Source: Eutreptiella sp. 'Long Island Sound 2002' (lineage: Eukaryota > Protista > Euglenida). Taken from it: a stretch of 64,000 bases of DNA. The notes below the pieces were generated by a model. The model was given only the letters and a program-made list of their open reading frames with translations, did no database searches and was not told where the DNA came from. Positions within the stretch are counted from its first letter, which is position 1. Each line of letters begins with the position of its first letter. Where the stretch lies: positions 58,032,001 through 58,096,000 of the forward strand of contig OZ038378.1 of NCBI GenBank assembly GCA_964036045.1, given 5' to 3'. Below are positions 61,810 through 64,000 of this stretch, piece after piece. The translations under genes were made by a program, and so were the position numbers.

Positions 61810-64000
61810 GGGTATGGAAATTATGCGGTGTTCCAAATCATCGTGCGGAACCCCTACTTGGAGCACAATTTCTAGAACACCCGTCAAGCCCTATTTCTGG
61901 TGCAACCACCCAACAAAACGGATTTGGCACCCTCATAAACCCCCCATCTCACCTCGTTTCCCAAGGTATCCTCATTATAGCGGTGGTTTTCGAAGGGGGG
62001 GGGGGGGGGGGGCAAGGTGCACTTTTGAGGTAGAGCAGAATTAGAGCACCTTGCATTAACTAGTTAGAGCAAAGTTAGAGCACTAGTTATCACGCGATAA
62101 CTCAGCTATCGCGTAGTTATCGCAGGTAGTCATCGCGCACCCCACCCCCACTCCTGAGTGGAACAAACAACACAAAACACTTGGCACAAAGCATTGTTTG
62201 ATGAATGTTTGAGGCCTTCTCTGCCTCAAGTCCCAAAAGCCCTTGCTCACGGGCCGTCAAACTCCTGCAATGGTGCATATGTTGCACCGACAAACTTCGT
62301 GTCACCAAAGACCAACCTTGGAAGCAATTTTGGAGCCTTCTCTTGTAACTGTAACGTGTAAGGCCCATGTTTGTATTTTGTGGGGATGGAGGATAATTGA
62401 AAAATGTTTCTCCACTTCTTCGCAAAAAAAATAGAATGTGCCAAGCACCAGTGAATCCCCCTAGTCGGGGACCAACCTGAATCTCCCCAAGCTTTGGAAA
62501 ATTTTGTGGTAACCACACGATGGTGTTCCGATGGGTTACAATGTAAGCACCCGTCACCCTCCAAAGGTCATACAAACACTCAATGCATTTTACCATGACA
62601 TGCACAACAACCCACAATGGAGGTCCACTAGGGGTCCTCACTAAGGGCATATGCTCTTTGAGGCAATCCACAAATTTGCCTTTGGAGGGGGGGGGGGGCT
62701 TGAGGAACGCTTTGGTGCTCGTAACATCCTTTTCCTTCACCCTTGACGGCTAGGGGCGACGTTCCCTCGTAAGAATGCCGGAGGTCTCATCCCTGAGTGC
62801 CCGTTTGAAGGCGTGCTAAGCTGCAATAGCTTGGGTTTTACCCATGGTTCCGGGGGTAAGGCGTGAAGGGTGGTCTCAGTGCGTTTTGCAATGCCATTTA
62901 GGATTCGGCATGCAGCATGTTTGTAGTTACCGGTCCACGTGGTTGGGCTGATGCTTCTCAGAACTGCCTGCCATCTGGAGGTGGACCCCACCTCCTTTTC
63001 CTCAACAATACCATTGGGATCCCTGCACAACCAACACTTACAGCTAGCCCCACCCATTGTTTGCATCCCTTTTCCATCCCCAGTCAAAATAACAATGCAA
63101 GTCAAAAATTGGTATTGACATTGTAGGATTGCCTCCTCCACATCCTTCACCTCTTGATGGTGGTTTGCGGAGACATCAATGCTTCTTGAAAAAGCTTGTT
63201 CATCCCCCCCATCCATGCAAACCATGTGGACCATAGCTTCACTTTGGATGCAAACTTCAACCCCCCCCCCCCCGTACATTGACCCATACATCTACACGGT
63301 TCAAGTATGCCTTCCAACGGGAAGTTGCAAACGGAGAAATTACCACAAGGGCAACGCCGCTATGGGGGGGGGTCCCAATAACTCGACCCATGCAAAGTAC
63401 AAAATTGACAATAGATTGTAAAGGGACATGGGCAGCTGCCCTATTACGGCCCGTGGAGGACTTTGCAATAGTTGCTTGGGGAAAGTATCACAATACCCTT
63501 TTCTGAACGGTCCTTAGGTCCGGTTGGGTACAAGGTCGTGGCATCGGCAAAACAACCCGTAAAAATGCATGCGACATGCCATGCGTAGCATGCTCAAGGC
63601 CTCATGCTCAGCTGCAAGTGCAAGATGCCCACCAAGTGGGGAGGAGAGGGCAGTGGAGGCCCCAACACTTAAACAAACTTCTTCCTTGGTGTTGGTGACA
63701 CATATGAATTTGGGATCACCCAGAAGAACTCAAACCAACATCTGAACCACCGTTAAGCGCCGCCGGCGGGCCTTGGGGGATTGCAACTCTGTGTAGCGCC
63801 ACATGTAAACTTGGTATACAACGCTTAGGGCATCATTCATAGAAGTGTCCATGCGGATCAAGATGCTGTGCATGGGAAATGAGGGATGGATGTGATGCAG
63901 GTGCCCAAAAAACACACACGATAACCCACACGAGAACTCGTGCTCTAACTAGGTATCGTGCGCTAATCCCTATGATGATCCCCGCGATAGCTTAGTTAGA
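61810..64000 (-). mobile_element. Family A copy 4 (M2 transposase cassette 62190-63852; continues beyond the window)
   Basis: ILTGDGKGMQTMGGASCKCWLC, GNYKHAACR, IHWCLAH. Array at 63920-64000. Confidence 0.8.

Larger units (their letters stand above)
53425..64000 (+). repeat. Second copy of a roughly 10-kb duplicated block (first copy 37690-47900)
   Basis: Same order and orientation of LINE, element F, ORF1-like region and family A M2. Offset about 15.7-16.1 kb. Confidence 0.9.

Noticed and set aside
1-64000. rRNA, tRNA, spliced-leader RNA gene, telomeric array or host housekeeping genes
   Set aside because: None was recognisable by eye. tRNAscan and Rfam were not run, so small RNAs could have been missed.

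Overview
This 64-kb window is a eukaryotic, almost entirely transposon-derived region. I recognise no host housekeeping gene, rRNA or tRNA. A gag-YR-RT (VIPER/TATE-order) retroelement and polypyrimidine+AG sites just before ATGs suggest a trans-splicing euglenozoan-like host (inference). The main signal is two repeated families of large, cassette-built DNA elements. Family A occurs at 1-3.76, 18.8-23.0, 45.7-52.3(-) and 61.8-64(-) kb; family C-D-B occurs at 3.77-12.1 and 30.0-36.5 kb. Each ends in a decayed DDE transposase with RAG1/Transib/CMC-type signatures (D, GDGK, CxxC in family A, GxYxH, HxxxAH, then E exactly 20 residues later as in RAG1 H942-E962). Each carries 2OG-Fe(II) dioxygenase cargo: one TET/JBP-like and two PhyH-like. 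Every gene cassette is preceded by a family-specific palindromic repeat array, usually followed by a splice-acceptor-like site. Other contents are a third DDE-like element with opposed 60-bp-period arrays (12.4-18.4 kb), a Penelope-like RT remnant, and a roughly 10-kb block present twice about 16 kb apart. That block holds an APE-RT-RNase H LINE with a TGCA-bounded internal inversion and a foldback element. All coding regions are disrupted by stops or frameshifts, so protein calls come from manual motif reading across frames, not from database searches.
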